Below are positions 8,181 through 17,560 of a stretch of DNA of 64,000 nt, one piece after another (within the stretch, counting starts at the first letter, position 1; the number at the start of each line of letters is the position of its first letter). Origin of the DNA: an uncultured Spirochaetales bacterium (GTDB lineage: Bacteria > Spirochaetota > Spirochaetia > Treponematales > JBGSOB01); the NCBI GenBank assembly GCA_964470375.1, contig CAYYCP010000001.1, forward strand, positions 63,686 to 127,685, in the 5' to 3' direction. A model generated the notes under the pieces. That model searched no databases and was not told the DNA's origin. It saw only the letters and a list, made by a program, of their open reading frames with translations. The position numbers and the translations under genes are program-made.

Positions 8181-10434
8181 GGTGCCAGGCGAGGGCCGCG
8201 AGCTCTTCGGTTCGGCGCCCGCCCCTTCGGCCGAACCCCTGGCCGCCAGGATGCGTCCGCGCGGCCTGGACGAGTACGTGGGCCAGGCGGCCATCCTCGG
8301 CCCGGGCCGCCTGCTCAGGCGGGCCATCCAGGCCGACCAGCTGTCTTCGCTGATATTCTACGGCCCGCCCGGCTCGGGCAAGACCACCCTCGCCCGAGTC
8401 ATAGCGAACACGACCAAGAGCCGTTTCATCACCATAAATGCCGTTCTCTCGGGCATCGCCGACCTTCGCGCGGCCATAGAGGACGCCAAGTCAGAAAAGG
8501 ACTTCTACGGACGCCGCACCATCCTCTTCATCGACGAGGTCCACCGCTGGAACAAGGCCCAGCAGGATGCCCTCCTGCCCTGGGTTGAGAACGGCACGTT
8601 CATCCTGATCGGAGCCACCACCGAGAATCCCTACTTCGAGGTCAACCGGGCCCTGGTGTCGCGGAGCCGCATCTTCAGGCTGGAGCCCTTGGACCGCTCC
8701 GAGCTCATGGAAGTGGCCAGGCGGGCCCTGGCCGACAAAGAGCGCGGCTACGGCAAGTATCGCGTGACCTTCGAGGAAGGCGCCCTGGAGCACCTGGTGG
8801 AGACGGCATCGGGCGACGCGCGCAGCCTCCTCAACGCCTTGGAGCTGGCCGTGGAGACGGGCCCCTCGGCCTGGCCTCCGCCCGAGGGCGCCGATCTGCG
8901 CATCAGCCTCCAGGCCGCTGAGGAATCCATTCAGCGCAAGGTAGTCCTCTACGACCGCGACGGAGACTACCACTACGATGTCATCTCCGCCTTCATCAAA
9001 AGCCTGCGCGGCTCGGACCCGGACGCCGCCCTTTACTGGCTGGCGCGCATGGTGGAGGCTGGAGAGTCACCCTCCTTCATCTTCAGGCGCATGCTGGTAG
9101 CCGCCAGCGAGGACGTAGGCCTGGCCGCCCCTGAGGCCATCGGAGTCGTGGAAGCATGCGCGGCGGCCTTCGACCGGGTCGGCTTCCCGGAAGGTAGCTT
9201 TCACCTGACCCAGGCGGCCCTCTTCCTGGCCAATTGCCCCAAATCGAATTCCGCCCTGGGCTACTTCGACGCCCTGGAATCCGTGCGGGCCGAGAACCGC
9301 GAAGTGCCCGATCACCTCAAGGACGCCTCGCGCGACGGCGAGGGCCTGGGCCATGGGCAGGGCTACATCTACCCCCACGCCTACCGCGACCACTGGGTGG
9401 CCCAGGCATACCTGCCTGACGCACTCAAAGGGCGCATCTTCTACCACCCTTCCTCGAACGGTTGGGAGGCGCGCGCGTGCGCCAGCCTGGGCCAGCGCCG
9501 CGAGCTCCAGCTGGCGGCTTACATGGAAAGCCACGAACGCTTCCAGGCAAGCTCCCCCCAGGCCGGCACGTCACGGGCGAGCCCTAACCAGGCCGAGTGG
9601 CGACGCCTGTCCGCCGCCGGAGACAGGGAGGCTATCCTTGAGCGTCGCACCCGGGCCTTCGACTCGGCCAAATTGCGCGGCAACGAGCGCATCGTAGTCC
9701 TCAACGCCGGCGAAGGGCTCTTCATCTGGGAGGCCCTCAGGCGCGCCCCGGCCGGTCTGGCCCTAGGGCTCTGCCGGGAAGCCGGGGAAAAGGAAGCCCT
9801 TGAGGGCTACGCGGCCAGTCTTCCCGAGACCGAACGCCCCCTCCTCCTGGTCTTTTCGCCCCAGGACCATGAGGGCATCTCGCGGGCCCTGGGCTTCCGG
9901 GCCGAAGGGGCGTTCGAGGCCGCCTTCGCTCGACTGGCCATCGGCTCCGGCGCCCTGGGGACCGCCCAGCTGCTCGGCCTTTCCGGCCTCCTGTCCGGGG
10001 GCGCACCATTCGCGTTGGCCGACACTTTACCCGGCTATAGCTCGCGCCCCTCGGATCTCCTGGCGGATGAGGAGGGCGCCGACGCCGAGTCCATTGGCCT
10101 GCGCCAGGCTGAAGACGCCTTTTACGCCGGCCTATACGGCCTGGACGCCCTGCCGTCTGAACCATCGCTGGCCCTGACAGGCCTCCTCGGCGGGGCCGGC
10201 TTTTCCCTAGAACATTTCGAGCTTGAGACAGAGGAGGGCAGACGCTATCTCTCCTCGGCCGAGGAGCGCGCCTGGCTCTCGCCGTCCTCCCAATTCGGTT
10301 CCTTCCTGCGCTCGCGCATACAGGCGGAGAGTCTGGCGGATATCGAGCGCCGCTTCGCCGAGCTCATCGGCCAGGGACGCGAATTCCCCTGGAAGCGGGC
10401 CCAGGCCCTTGTCCTGGCCAGGAAGGCCGGCTGA
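8137..10434 (+). CDS. rarA: replication-associated recombination protein A (RarA/MgsA AAA+ ATPase) with a ~310-aa C-terminal extension
   Basis: RarA hallmarks: [16 protein letters not shown], Walker [10 protein letters not shown], Walker [22 protein letters not shown] and the MgsA_C block [10 protein letters not shown]. The canonical end lies near [10 protein letters not shown] (about residue 450), and about 310 further residues follow. The start is ambiguous: ATG 8137 overlaps the upstream gene by 44 nt, while in-frame GTG 8182 lies just after its stop. Confidence 0.85.
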   Translation: MTVRALPGKAGSGNRVPGEGRELFGSAPAPSAEPLAARMRPRGLDEYVGQAAILGPGRLLRRAIQADQLSSLIFYGPPGSGKTTLARVIANTTKSRFITINAVLSGIADLRAAIEDAKSEKDFYGRRTILFIDEVHRWNKAQQDALLPWVENGTFILIGATTENPYFEVNRALVSRSRIFRLEPLDRSELMEVARRALADKERGYGKYRVTFEEGALEHLVETASGDARSLLNALELAVETGPSAWPPPEGADLRISLQAAEESIQRKVVLYDRDGDYHYDVISAFIKSLRGSDPDAALYWLARMVEAGESPSFIFRRMLVAASEDVGLAAPEAIGVVEACAAAFDRVGFPEGSFHLTQAALFLANCPKSNSALGYFDALESVRAENREVPDHLKDASRDGEGLGHGQGYIYPHAYRDHWVAQAYLPDALKGRIFYHPSSNGWEARACASLGQRRELQLAAYMESHERFQASSPQAGTSRASPNQAEWRRLSAAGDREAILERRTRAFDSAKLRGNERIVVLNAGEGLFIWEALRRAPAGLALGLCREAGEKEALEGYAASLPETERPLLLVFSPQDHEGISRALGFRAEGAFEAAFARLAIGSGALGTAQLLGLSGLLSGGAPFALADTLPGYSSRPSDLLADEEGADAESIGLRQAEDAFYAGLYGLDALPSEPSLALTGLLGGAGFSLEHFELETEEGRRYLSSAEERAWLSPSSQFGSFLRSRIQAESLADIERRFAELIGQGREFPWKRAQALVLARKAG

Positions 10435-10437
10435 CCC

Positions 10438-11751
10438 GTGGCGCGCTTTCTGGACCTGGATCAGCTCTTCGCCTATTTCTCCGGTTTCATCGACCTCGAG
10501 CGCGGAACCGCCCGCGAGCCGCTCAAACTGGAACGCATGCGCTCCCTGTGCGCCCTGGCCGGGAATCCCCAGGACTCCTTCGCAACCATCCACGTGGCCG
10601 GTTCTAAGGGAAAGGGTTCGGTTTCAGCCATGTTGGCTTCCGTCCTGGACATGCGCGGCCTGCGGACAGGCTTGTACACCTCGCCCCATGTGACCGATTA
10701 CCGCGAGCGCATGAGCCTGGCCGGCAGGCTTTTCCCGCTCGAGAGCTACCTGGCCGCCGGCGAGGAGGCCGCCGGGATCGTAGACGATTACCTTGGGGGA
10801 GGGCCGGCATCACCGCCCAGCTTCTTCGAGATCCTCACCCTGATGGCCTTTCTCCTCTTCCGCCGCGAATCTTGCCGGTGGGTCGTCCTCGAAACCGGCT
10901 TAGGCGGCCGCCTTGACTCGACCAACGTCGTCAACAGCGCCGCGTCCGTGCTCACGCCCATTGAGCTTGAGCATGTCGAGTATTTAGGAGACAGCATCGA
11001 GGCCATAGCCGGGGAAAAGGCCGGTATCATCAAGCCCGGACGCCCCGCCTTCATCGCCCGCATGCGGCCTGAGGCCCGCCAGGTGATGCTGGAGCAGGCC
11101 GCCCGCCTGGGCTCGCCGGCCTACGACGCCGCCGAGCTGACCGAGGTCCTGCGCGCCGAACCTGGCGTGGAGGGCACTTTGGCTGTATTGAAGGTACGGG
11201 GCCCGGATGGTTGGGTTGAATTGGAGACCCGCTTGGCCCTGACAGGCCGCATCCAGGCTGAGAACGCGGCCTTGGCTTCCCTAGCCCTCCTTCACCTCTT
11301 CCCAGATACGGACCTATCCGTCTTGGAGCGCGGCCTGGGTGCAGCCAGGCTGCCTGCCCGCTTCGAGATCCTTTCCACCCATCCCCTGGTGGCCCTGGAC
11401 GGAGCCCATACGCCGGATTCCTGCGCTCTCGTCCTCGAGACCTGGCTCAATCTTGTGGGGAAAGGCGGCACCCTCGTCTTCGGCTGCGCCTTGGACAAGG
11501 ACGCTGCCTCCATGGCCCGCATCCTCTCGTCCGGCTTCGACAGGGTCATCGTCTGCCGCCCCGGGGACTTCAAGAAAAGCGATCCCCTTTCGGTCTTCAA
11601 TGCCTTCGCCGCCCAGGGATCCTCCCTCTTGCTGGAGGAGGATCCGCTGACCGCCCTGCGTTCCGCCCTGTCCCGGGGCGGGAACGTGCTGGTGACGGGC
11701 TCCTTCTACCTGGCGGCCATCGCGCGCAGGCTCTTCCTCAAAGCCAGCTGA
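10438..11751 (+). CDS. folC: folylpolyglutamate synthase / dihydrofolate synthase
   Basis: 437 aa. The GTG start is 3 nt after the rarA stop. Mur-ligase P-loop IHVAGSKGKGS, then YTSPHV, ETGLGGRLDSTNV and GEKAGIIK. Confidence 0.85.
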   Translation: MARFLDLDQLFAYFSGFIDLERGTAREPLKLERMRSLCALAGNPQDSFATIHVAGSKGKGSVSAMLASVLDMRGLRTGLYTSPHVTDYRERMSLAGRLFPLESYLAAGEEAAGIVDDYLGGGPASPPSFFEILTLMAFLLFRRESCRWVVLETGLGGRLDSTNVVNSAASVLTPIELEHVEYLGDSIEAIAGEKAGIIKPGRPAFIARMRPEARQVMLEQAARLGSPAYDAAELTEVLRAEPGVEGTLAVLKVRGPDGWVELETRLALTGRIQAENAALASLALLHLFPDTDLSVLERGLGAARLPARFEILSTHPLVALDGAHTPDSCALVLETWLNLVGKGGTLVFGCALDKDAASMARILSSGFDRVIVCRPGDFKKSDPLSVFNAFAAQGSSLLLEEDPLTALRSALSRGGNVLVTGSFYLAAIARRLFLKAS

Positions 11752-12763
11752 CCCGATTGCGCCCGGCCCGCTTGGCCTGGTACATCGCCTTGTCGGCCCG
11801 ACCCAACCATTCTTCGGCCTCTTCACCCGGGCGATACTCCGAGACTCCGATGGAAACGGTTACGCTCAGGGCGGCCCGCCCCTCCGCGGCCGGGATCGAG
11901 AGGCGGCTCACCGACTCGCGCAGACGCTGGGCTATGGCCAGGGCCCCCTGGCGCGAAGTGCCGATCAGTACGGCGAAGAACTCCTCGCCGCCCCAGCGTC
12001 CGGCGAAGTCGTCTCTCCGCAGGCCCGAGGCAAGGCGCCGCCCCACTGCGGCCAGCACCGCATCTCCGGCCAGGTGGCCGTGGCTGTCATTGACTTCCTT
12101 GAATTTGTCCACATCGATCATCAGCCCGGACAGATCCACATTGGCCTCGCTGGCCCTGCCCAGGACATCCTCAATGCGCTCCATGAGACCAGTCCGGTTG
12201 AGCAGGCCAGAGAGAGGATCGCGGTTCTTGGCGTCCAGGGCGCGATTGGCCTTACGCAGGGCCCTGCGCACCTGCGAGACGGCCTCTTCGGAATCCTTAA
12301 TGGCCGCTGAGAGATCCACCAGCCCTGCCGACAGGGCTTCTTCTTGCATGACCGCCTTCTTGTAGTACTCGCACTCACCGCTCAGGCGCTCAGCCTCGGC
12401 CAGCCTGGCGAGGGCCAGGCGCAATCTGACCTCGATCTCATCGCCTACCCGCTCCCTGGTCAGGTAGTCATCCACCGGCCCCCTCTCAGGCTGGAAGGCT
12501 CCGCCTGCCTCGGCCGCCAGGATTACCTGGAAGGGCCTGGCCCCTCCGCGCCGCCTTATGGAGCGCAGGGTCTCGGCACTCCCGGAAACCCAGGCTTCCT
12601 GGTCTATCAGGAGTATTCCCCCGGACGCCTCTATAGCCTGCAGGCCGTCGGGGTGCATTTCGGCGTAACTGCAGGCGCAAGCCTTGGCGGCCGATTCGGC
12701 GGCCGCTCGCAGCATCGGATCCGCAGAGGCGCAATAGAGGCAGGCCGCAGCGGGGGCTCTCAC
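11738..12763 (-). CDS. diguanylate cyclase (GGDEF) with degenerate receiver-like N-terminus and coiled-coil linker
   Basis: RDPLSGLLNR, MIDVDKFKEVNDSHGHLAGD and an active-site GGEEF preceded by the I-site RRDD five residues upstream (11978-12019). The N-terminal ~120 aa resemble REC (ILLIDQ) but lack the acidic pocket. Confidence 0.85.
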   Translation of the reverse strand: MRAPAAACLYCASADPMLRAAAESAAKACACSYAEMHPDGLQAIEASGGILLIDQEAWVSGSAETLRSIRRRGGARPFQVILAAEAGGAFQPERGPVDDYLTRERVGDEIEVRLRLALARLAEAERLSGECEYYKKAVMQEEALSAGLVDLSAAIKDSEEAVSQVRRALRKANRALDAKNRDPLSGLLNRTGLMERIEDVLGRASEANVDLSGLMIDVDKFKEVNDSHGHLAGDAVLAAVGRRLASGLRRDDFAGRWGGEEFFAVLIGTSRQGALAIAQRLRESVSRLSIPAAEGRAALSVTVSIGVSEYRPGEEAEEWLGRADKAMYQAKRAGRNRVSWL

Positions 12764-14316
12764 AGGAATGCTCCTAGGAGGGCCTGGGACAGGCCTATCA
12801 GACCGCCCAGGATGGCTCCGAAGAGATTGATCCAGGTAAACTGTTCCTTCATGACGTCCAGGACAATGCGCTCCAGGGCGAGCATATCCAGGGAGTCGAT
12901 CTTCTCCACCACTGTTCGCCTCACGTCGATGGTAGATACGATATCCGCCACCCTCTCCTCGATCAATCTGAGGGCCTTTCCGCTCAGATAGCCGCTCACC
13001 TGGGCGCGCGTTTCAGCGGACACGCGGAAAAGTTGACCCAGGCTCAGGTCCCGCCGGGCCTCTATGAAGGAGGAGACGAAGCCGGCCACACCACGCCCCA
13101 GACCCTCGGGTCCGCCTGAGCGCTCAAGGGCGCCGTGCAAGGCCCCGGCCAGTCGCCGCGCCAAGTCGGCTATGTCAAAGCCCAGGCCCTCCACGGCCAG
13201 CTCGCGCAGACTCTTGTCGCGCAGGCTGTCAATGCCGCCGGCCAAGGCTGTTGCCAGGCGCTCAGCCGAGGCAGGGTCCGCCAAGGTCGCCATGGCTCGA
13301 TCCAGGAGGCCCAGGGCCCGCTCGCGTGCGTCGGGCATGCGCTTGAGGAGCTGATCCGGCCTCAGGGCGGCCCATTCGGCGGCGGCCTTGGCGGCCCGGT
13401 CGGCAAGGAGATCGCGCACTTCGCGCTTGGCGGCCGAGACCTCCAGGTGGGAGACCAGGTCGGCGATAGTCTCCTCCATGTTGTCATTGATGGCCTGCTC
13501 ATAGCGCCCGGCCGCCACCACCATGCGCTGGAAGGCGTTCAGGCGCTTGAGCAGGGCCGAGACGATCTCCCGCCCGTTCTCGCTGAGCTCGCGGCGGATT
13601 TCCTGCGCCCGGAGAAATTCAAGGAGTACCCTCAGAGCCTCAGGATAGGCGGCTACGATGATCTTCCTGAGCGCCTCGGGGGCGTCGAAGGGAAGGACCT
13701 CCGCCAGGGGCCTGTCCCCGGACAGCCATCCGTCCAGGGCCTCGATAAGCCTCTCGCGCAACCTTGCCGCCCCGCGCTCCGAGATGAGGAGACCCGTGAG
13801 GGCCCGGGCGGCCTTGAGGGAATCTTGACCGCCCATGAGCTGGCCCAGGCTGGAACGCCCGATAGAATCCAGGGCCCGCCCGGCCAGCTCAGCCAGGGTA
13901 GCGTCGAAATCGGGGGACTCGACCATGGACGAGATGGCCGCGCTGAGGAGGGAGGCCACGCGCTGGTAGGCCGGCGAGCCCTCGGGGAAGGCCAAGCTGC
14001 CCAACCTGAGGTCGAGGAGACGCGAGAGGAGCTTGTCCACGGTGGCGGCCACGGCCTCCTTGAAGTCATCTTCGGCGAAGCGCTTTGAGAGAACCTCGGC
14101 GTTAAGAAGCTGGGAGGACACGGTATTGCCCAGGCTGACGGCCAGCTTGTGGCGGTTGCGCGGAAGGATGCCCGGAGTGAAGGGCACGCGCAGGCCCAGG
14201 ATGCGTTTCTCGATCAGGGGCCGGAAGAGCATCTTAATGGCGATGTCGTTGGTGACATAGCCTATGGCCGCGCCGATCAGAACCGGCAGGGCCCAGGCCA
14301 GAAGGAAGCCCGTCAT
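12760..14316 (-). CDS. DUF445 family membrane-associated protein
   Basis: 518 aa. The N-terminus PVLIGAAIGYVTNDIAIKMLFRP is the DUF445 signature. The body is long and helical, with a C-terminal hydrophobic helix. ATGA overlaps on both sides. Confidence 0.75.
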   Translation of the reverse strand: MTGFLLAWALPVLIGAAIGYVTNDIAIKMLFRPLIEKRILGLRVPFTPGILPRNRHKLAVSLGNTVSSQLLNAEVLSKRFAEDDFKEAVAATVDKLLSRLLDLRLGSLAFPEGSPAYQRVASLLSAAISSMVESPDFDATLAELAGRALDSIGRSSLGQLMGGQDSLKAARALTGLLISERGAARLRERLIEALDGWLSGDRPLAEVLPFDAPEALRKIIVAAYPEALRVLLEFLRAQEIRRELSENGREIVSALLKRLNAFQRMVVAAGRYEQAINDNMEETIADLVSHLEVSAAKREVRDLLADRAAKAAAEWAALRPDQLLKRMPDARERALGLLDRAMATLADPASAERLATALAGGIDSLRDKSLRELAVEGLGFDIADLARRLAGALHGALERSGGPEGLGRGVAGFVSSFIEARRDLSLGQLFRVSAETRAQVSGYLSGKALRLIEERVADIVSTIDVRRTVVEKIDSLDMLALERIVLDVMKEQFTWINLFGAILGGLIGLSQALLGAFL

Positions 14317-14720
14317 TGTAGATCGGCCCCGGCCCGCTGGGCCTGCTCCTTCCTATCGTATACGCCCAGGTAGCCAGAGAATATCCAGCCGCTCTTCCCG
14401 TCCACGCGCACCCCGTACCAATAGCCCTCTTCCTCGTCCACCACGTCGCGGCCATAGGCCCGCGCGAAGATCTCCACCAGGGCCCCACGCCTTAGGTAGG
14501 TGACCTCCTGGGCCATGCTGGAGGGATCGGTCTTCACCCGCGCGTAGGCAGCCGTCACCACGCCCCACCTCTGGCTAAGCCCCAGTATGGGCGTGGGCGG
14601 CAGACGGGGCGCGCGGCGCGAGGGATCGCAAGCCAACAGACAGGCCGCCATAGCCGCGAGGAGGAGGGCGCAGCGGGAGCGCATCTTGATTTTCATCGCC
14701 GTCGGGGCCATTCTTTCCAT
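14313..14720 (-). CDS. lipoprotein with SH3b-like domain
   Basis: Signal peptide with lipobox LLAC. The C-terminal GYWYGVRVDGKSGWIFSGYL resembles bacterial SH3 domains. The true start is probably an internal Met (14696 or 14684). Confidence 0.6.
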   Translation of the reverse strand: MERMAPTAMKIKMRSRCALLLAAMAACLLACDPSRRAPRLPPTPILGLSQRWGVVTAAYARVKTDPSSMAQEVTYLRRGALVEIFARAYGRDVVDEEEGYWYGVRVDGKSGWIFSGYLGVYDRKEQAQRAGADLQ

Positions 14721-14723
14721 GAT

Positions 14724-15326
14724 ATGTCGAGGGCAACTATAGCACTCCTGGCGGCCTTTGTCTCCTTTTGCCCTGCACTAAAGGCACAAGCCCTCCCCGC
14801 CTACGCCTCCACGCCCCTCCTCTCGAGCGAGCTCCACCTCTGCGTCTCCCCCGAGGCTCCCCTCCTCCCCCAGGCCTTCCTCAAGGCCGGATACGCCGCT
14901 CGCCTTGGGCTGGGCGGGGGCTTCGACATTTTGGCGGCCAGCGGCCTGTGCCTAGCCCCCCAATCCGCCTTCTCGCGGACGGGGGTGGCCTACCGCAGCT
15001 TCAGCGGGGCCTGGCTCGAGGGCGGCCTGGGCTGGTCCTGGGCCGGCGCCCTCGGCCTGGAGTTGGGAGGGACCCTCTACCTGGGCGGGAGCCCGGGAAG
15101 CTCCCTGGCCCGGGCTATGGCCGGGGCATCCCTGGGCATCATCCTGCGCGATCCTAGGGAAACCCCGGGCTATTCGGCTCTATTGTCCGGAGGAAAGGAA
15201 CTGCCGCGCTGGCGGGCCGAGCTGGCCCTACCCATCGGCTTCCTCCACCGCGGCGACTCCTCCTCCTTCAGCGCCGGCCTCTGCCTCCGCATCTGGCAGG
15301 ACAGGCTGGGGATAGAGGCGCGATGA
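14724..15326 (+). CDS. secreted Gly/Ala/Leu-rich protein (possible small membrane barrel)
   Basis: 200 aa. The signal peptide is MSRATIALLAAFVSFCPALKAQA. Repeated G-x-G and aromatic strand-like segments are present. Its stop overlaps the caspase-like gene start (ATGA at 15323-15326). Confidence 0.45.
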   Translation: MSRATIALLAAFVSFCPALKAQALPAYASTPLLSSELHLCVSPEAPLLPQAFLKAGYAARLGLGGGFDILAASGLCLAPQSAFSRTGVAYRSFSGAWLEGGLGWSWAGALGLELGGTLYLGGSPGSSLARAMAGASLGIILRDPRETPGYSALLSGGKELPRWRAELALPIGFLHRGDSSSFSAGLCLRIWQDRLGIEAR

Positions 15327-16303
15327 GGCATTTGAAAACCTTAACGCGGACGCTATGGCCTATCCTCCTCCTGTGCGCCCTCTCGGCCCTTCAGCTTCTC
15401 GCCTCCTGCGCCTTCCAGGACAGGGCCGTCCGCAGGGCATACGTGTACGGGATCTCACTCTACAACGCGGGCGCGGAGGGGACATTCCCGAACCTCCGCT
15501 ACTGCGATGACGATGCCGAGGCTATCGCCCTGATGCTGGAAGCCAATGGCTACACGGTGAACCGCCGCATCACCGGAACGACCTACTCGAGCGGCCCCTC
15601 CCCCGACAAGGCCCAGATCCTGGCTGACCTGGCGGCCGTCCCCGCGGACACGGACAGGCTGGTCGTCTACTATTCCGGGCACGGGGCACGCATCGGATCG
15701 GGCGAGACCGCGGTGGATTACATCGTGCCGGTGGGAGGAGTAGGCGTCTCCAGCCCCTACCCCTTCCTGGCCCCCACATCCATCAGCGCCGCGGAGATGG
15801 ATGCCGCCCTGGAGGGCATCGAAGCCCCGCAGATCCTCCTCATCCTGGACTCCTGCTATTCGGGGGGCTTCGTCTCCCAGGCCGGCCAGGCCGACATCGA
15901 TCCTCCCCTCTACGGGGAAAAGGACAGGTACGGGCCCTCCCCCGAGCTCTCCATAAGCGACCCCGAGATGGGAACCCTCCTCCTCCGCTTCATGCAGGCA
16001 GGCCCGGGCGCTTCGGGCCGCATCGTCCTCTCGGCCGCGGGGGCCATGGAAGTCTCCTGGGAGAGCCTGGGGCACGGCATTTTCACCGGGGCCATCCTGG
16101 AGGCCCCGTCGGCCGGGGCCGACATCAACGCAGACGGCATCGTGAGCGCTATGGAAATCCACGCCTTCGCGGCCGCGAAGGTCAGCCGGGAATGGAATAC
16201 GGCCAACTACGACGACTACTACTGGGCCGACAGCCAATACATGGACTTCATGCCCCGCATCTCGGCGGGCAGCCTTGACTTCGCCTTCGTGAGGGCCGAT
16301 TGA
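15323..16303 (+). CDS. caspase-family (peptidase C14) lipoprotein
   Basis: Lipobox LLASC. C14 hallmarks: YVYGISLY ... LRYCDDDAEAIALML, catalytic His in VVYYSGHGA and catalytic Cys in LILDSCYSGG. A C-terminal EF-hand/dockerin-like loop GADINADGIVSAMEI is also present. Confidence 0.8.
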   Translation: MRHLKTLTRTLWPILLLCALSALQLLASCAFQDRAVRRAYVYGISLYNAGAEGTFPNLRYCDDDAEAIALMLEANGYTVNRRITGTTYSSGPSPDKAQILADLAAVPADTDRLVVYYSGHGARIGSGETAVDYIVPVGGVGVSSPYPFLAPTSISAAEMDAALEGIEAPQILLILDSCYSGGFVSQAGQADIDPPLYGEKDRYGPSPELSISDPEMGTLLLRFMQAGPGASGRIVLSAAGAMEVSWESLGHGIFTGAILEAPSAGADINADGIVSAMEIHAFAAAKVSREWNTANYDDYYWADSQYMDFMPRISAGSLDFAFVRAD

Positions 16304-16304
16304 C

Positions 16305-16748
16305 CTAGGCTAGGGCGGCTTCCAGGGCCTCGATGTCCTCGGTGGCCAAACGCCGGGCCACCGGCCGGTCGGCCTCGCAGAAATCGAGCTCCTCCAGCTC
16401 TTCCGGCCGAAGCCAGGCGACGGCTCCGTGATCGCGCAGGCGGCGCGGCCCGCCCTCCATGCTCGCCAGGAGGCAGATGAGCTCGATGCCTCCAGCTGAA
16501 ACACGCGCGTACTCGCGGGCGGGCCGCACCCGCACCCCGAATTCCTCTATGAATTCGCGAACCAGGCAGGCACCTGCGTCCTCCCCGGCCTCTATCTTGC
16601 CGCCCGGGAATTCCCAGAGCCCGGCCCTATCCCGCCCCTCAGAGCGGCGGGCCACGAAGACCCGCCCCTTCCAAAGGACGATGCCGGCCGCCACCGCGAG
16701 GGTGCGGGCTTCAGCTTCCATTCCCGGCCAGCGGTCCCAGGCCGACAA
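16305..16748 (-). CDS. Nudix hydrolase (MutT-like)
   Basis: The Nudix box GLWEFPGGKIEAGEDAGACLVREFIEEFGV fits GX5EX7REUXEEXGU. The start may instead be the internal Met at 16721. Confidence 0.8.
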   Translation of the reverse strand: MSAWDRWPGMEAEARTLAVAAGIVLWKGRVFVARRSEGRDRAGLWEFPGGKIEAGEDAGACLVREFIEEFGVRVRPAREYARVSAGGIELICLLASMEGGPRRLRDHGAVAWLRPEELEELDFCEADRPVARRLATEDIEALEAALA

Positions 16749-17514
16749 GCCCGTCCTTGCTTCCCTGAGACAGGGCCCGGAGATACCCGCGCAGGATAGA
16801 TCGGGAGGCCTGGTCCATGCGCAGGAAGCGCGCCCCGAAACCCGCTGGATAGGCTCCTCCGCCGCGGTGCACGCGCACGATCTCCATCCGTGCGGTGATG
16901 CTTTCCAAGCCTAGGTTGATGCTGGCCGTAAGGCGCTCGCCCGGACGCCTGCGGCCGGCTTGTGCGTCCGCGATGAAGACGCCGCGCGAGGATATGTCCA
17001 CTAGGGCGTAGTTGCCGCCCTGCATATTGACCCGGATCGATTCACGGTAGCGCCGCTTACGCCGCCACCAGCGCAGGCGCGGGTTGAAATAGGGAGCGCG
17101 GATCTCCGAGAAGAGAAAAAAACCGGCCGCGGCAAAGAAGGGAAAATCGATGAATGTCGCGGTGCTGAGGCCGCGGAAGCGGAAGTCGCGGTCGAGGAGA
17201 CTCAGGGCGGCGGTGCCTAGGGCGTGTACGAGGAAGGCCAGCCAGCCCCAGAGACGGACCTGAAAGATGCCTAGGGCCACCAGGGGCGAAACAGCCCAGA
17301 GGATCACACTGGCGATGGCGTAGGCTTGGCGCTGGACATAGACCTGACGCCACAGCTCCTCGAGGAAGGCCAGTATGCCCAGGCCGCTCTCCCTCCATTG
17401 GAAAACGAAGTTGCCGAGCGGGCTGAGGAGATAGACGAGGGAGCATATCAGGATGACTGCCGGCTTGCGCGAGTAATCGCCGTCGCCCGGAATCGCCGCC
17501 TTGGATCTCCCCAT
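16711..17514 (-). CDS. PilZ domain membrane protein (c-di-GMP receptor candidate)
   Basis: Several N-terminal hydrophobic helices are followed by the PilZ motifs RRKRRYR (RxxxR) and VDISSRG (D/NxSxxG). Confidence 0.7.
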   Translation of the reverse strand: MGRSKAAIPGDGDYSRKPAVILICSLVYLLSPLGNFVFQWRESGLGILAFLEELWRQVYVQRQAYAIASVILWAVSPLVALGIFQVRLWGWLAFLVHALGTAALSLLDRDFRFRGLSTATFIDFPFFAAAGFFLFSEIRAPYFNPRLRWWRRKRRYRESIRVNMQGGNYALVDISSRGVFIADAQAGRRRPGERLTASINLGLESITARMEIVRVHRGGGAYPAGFGARFLRMDQASRSILRGYLRALSQGSKDGLVGLGPLAGNGS

Positions 17515-17560
17515 GCGCGGATTCTAGCAGAGCCCAGGGCGGAAGGCAATCTCGAAGGCG

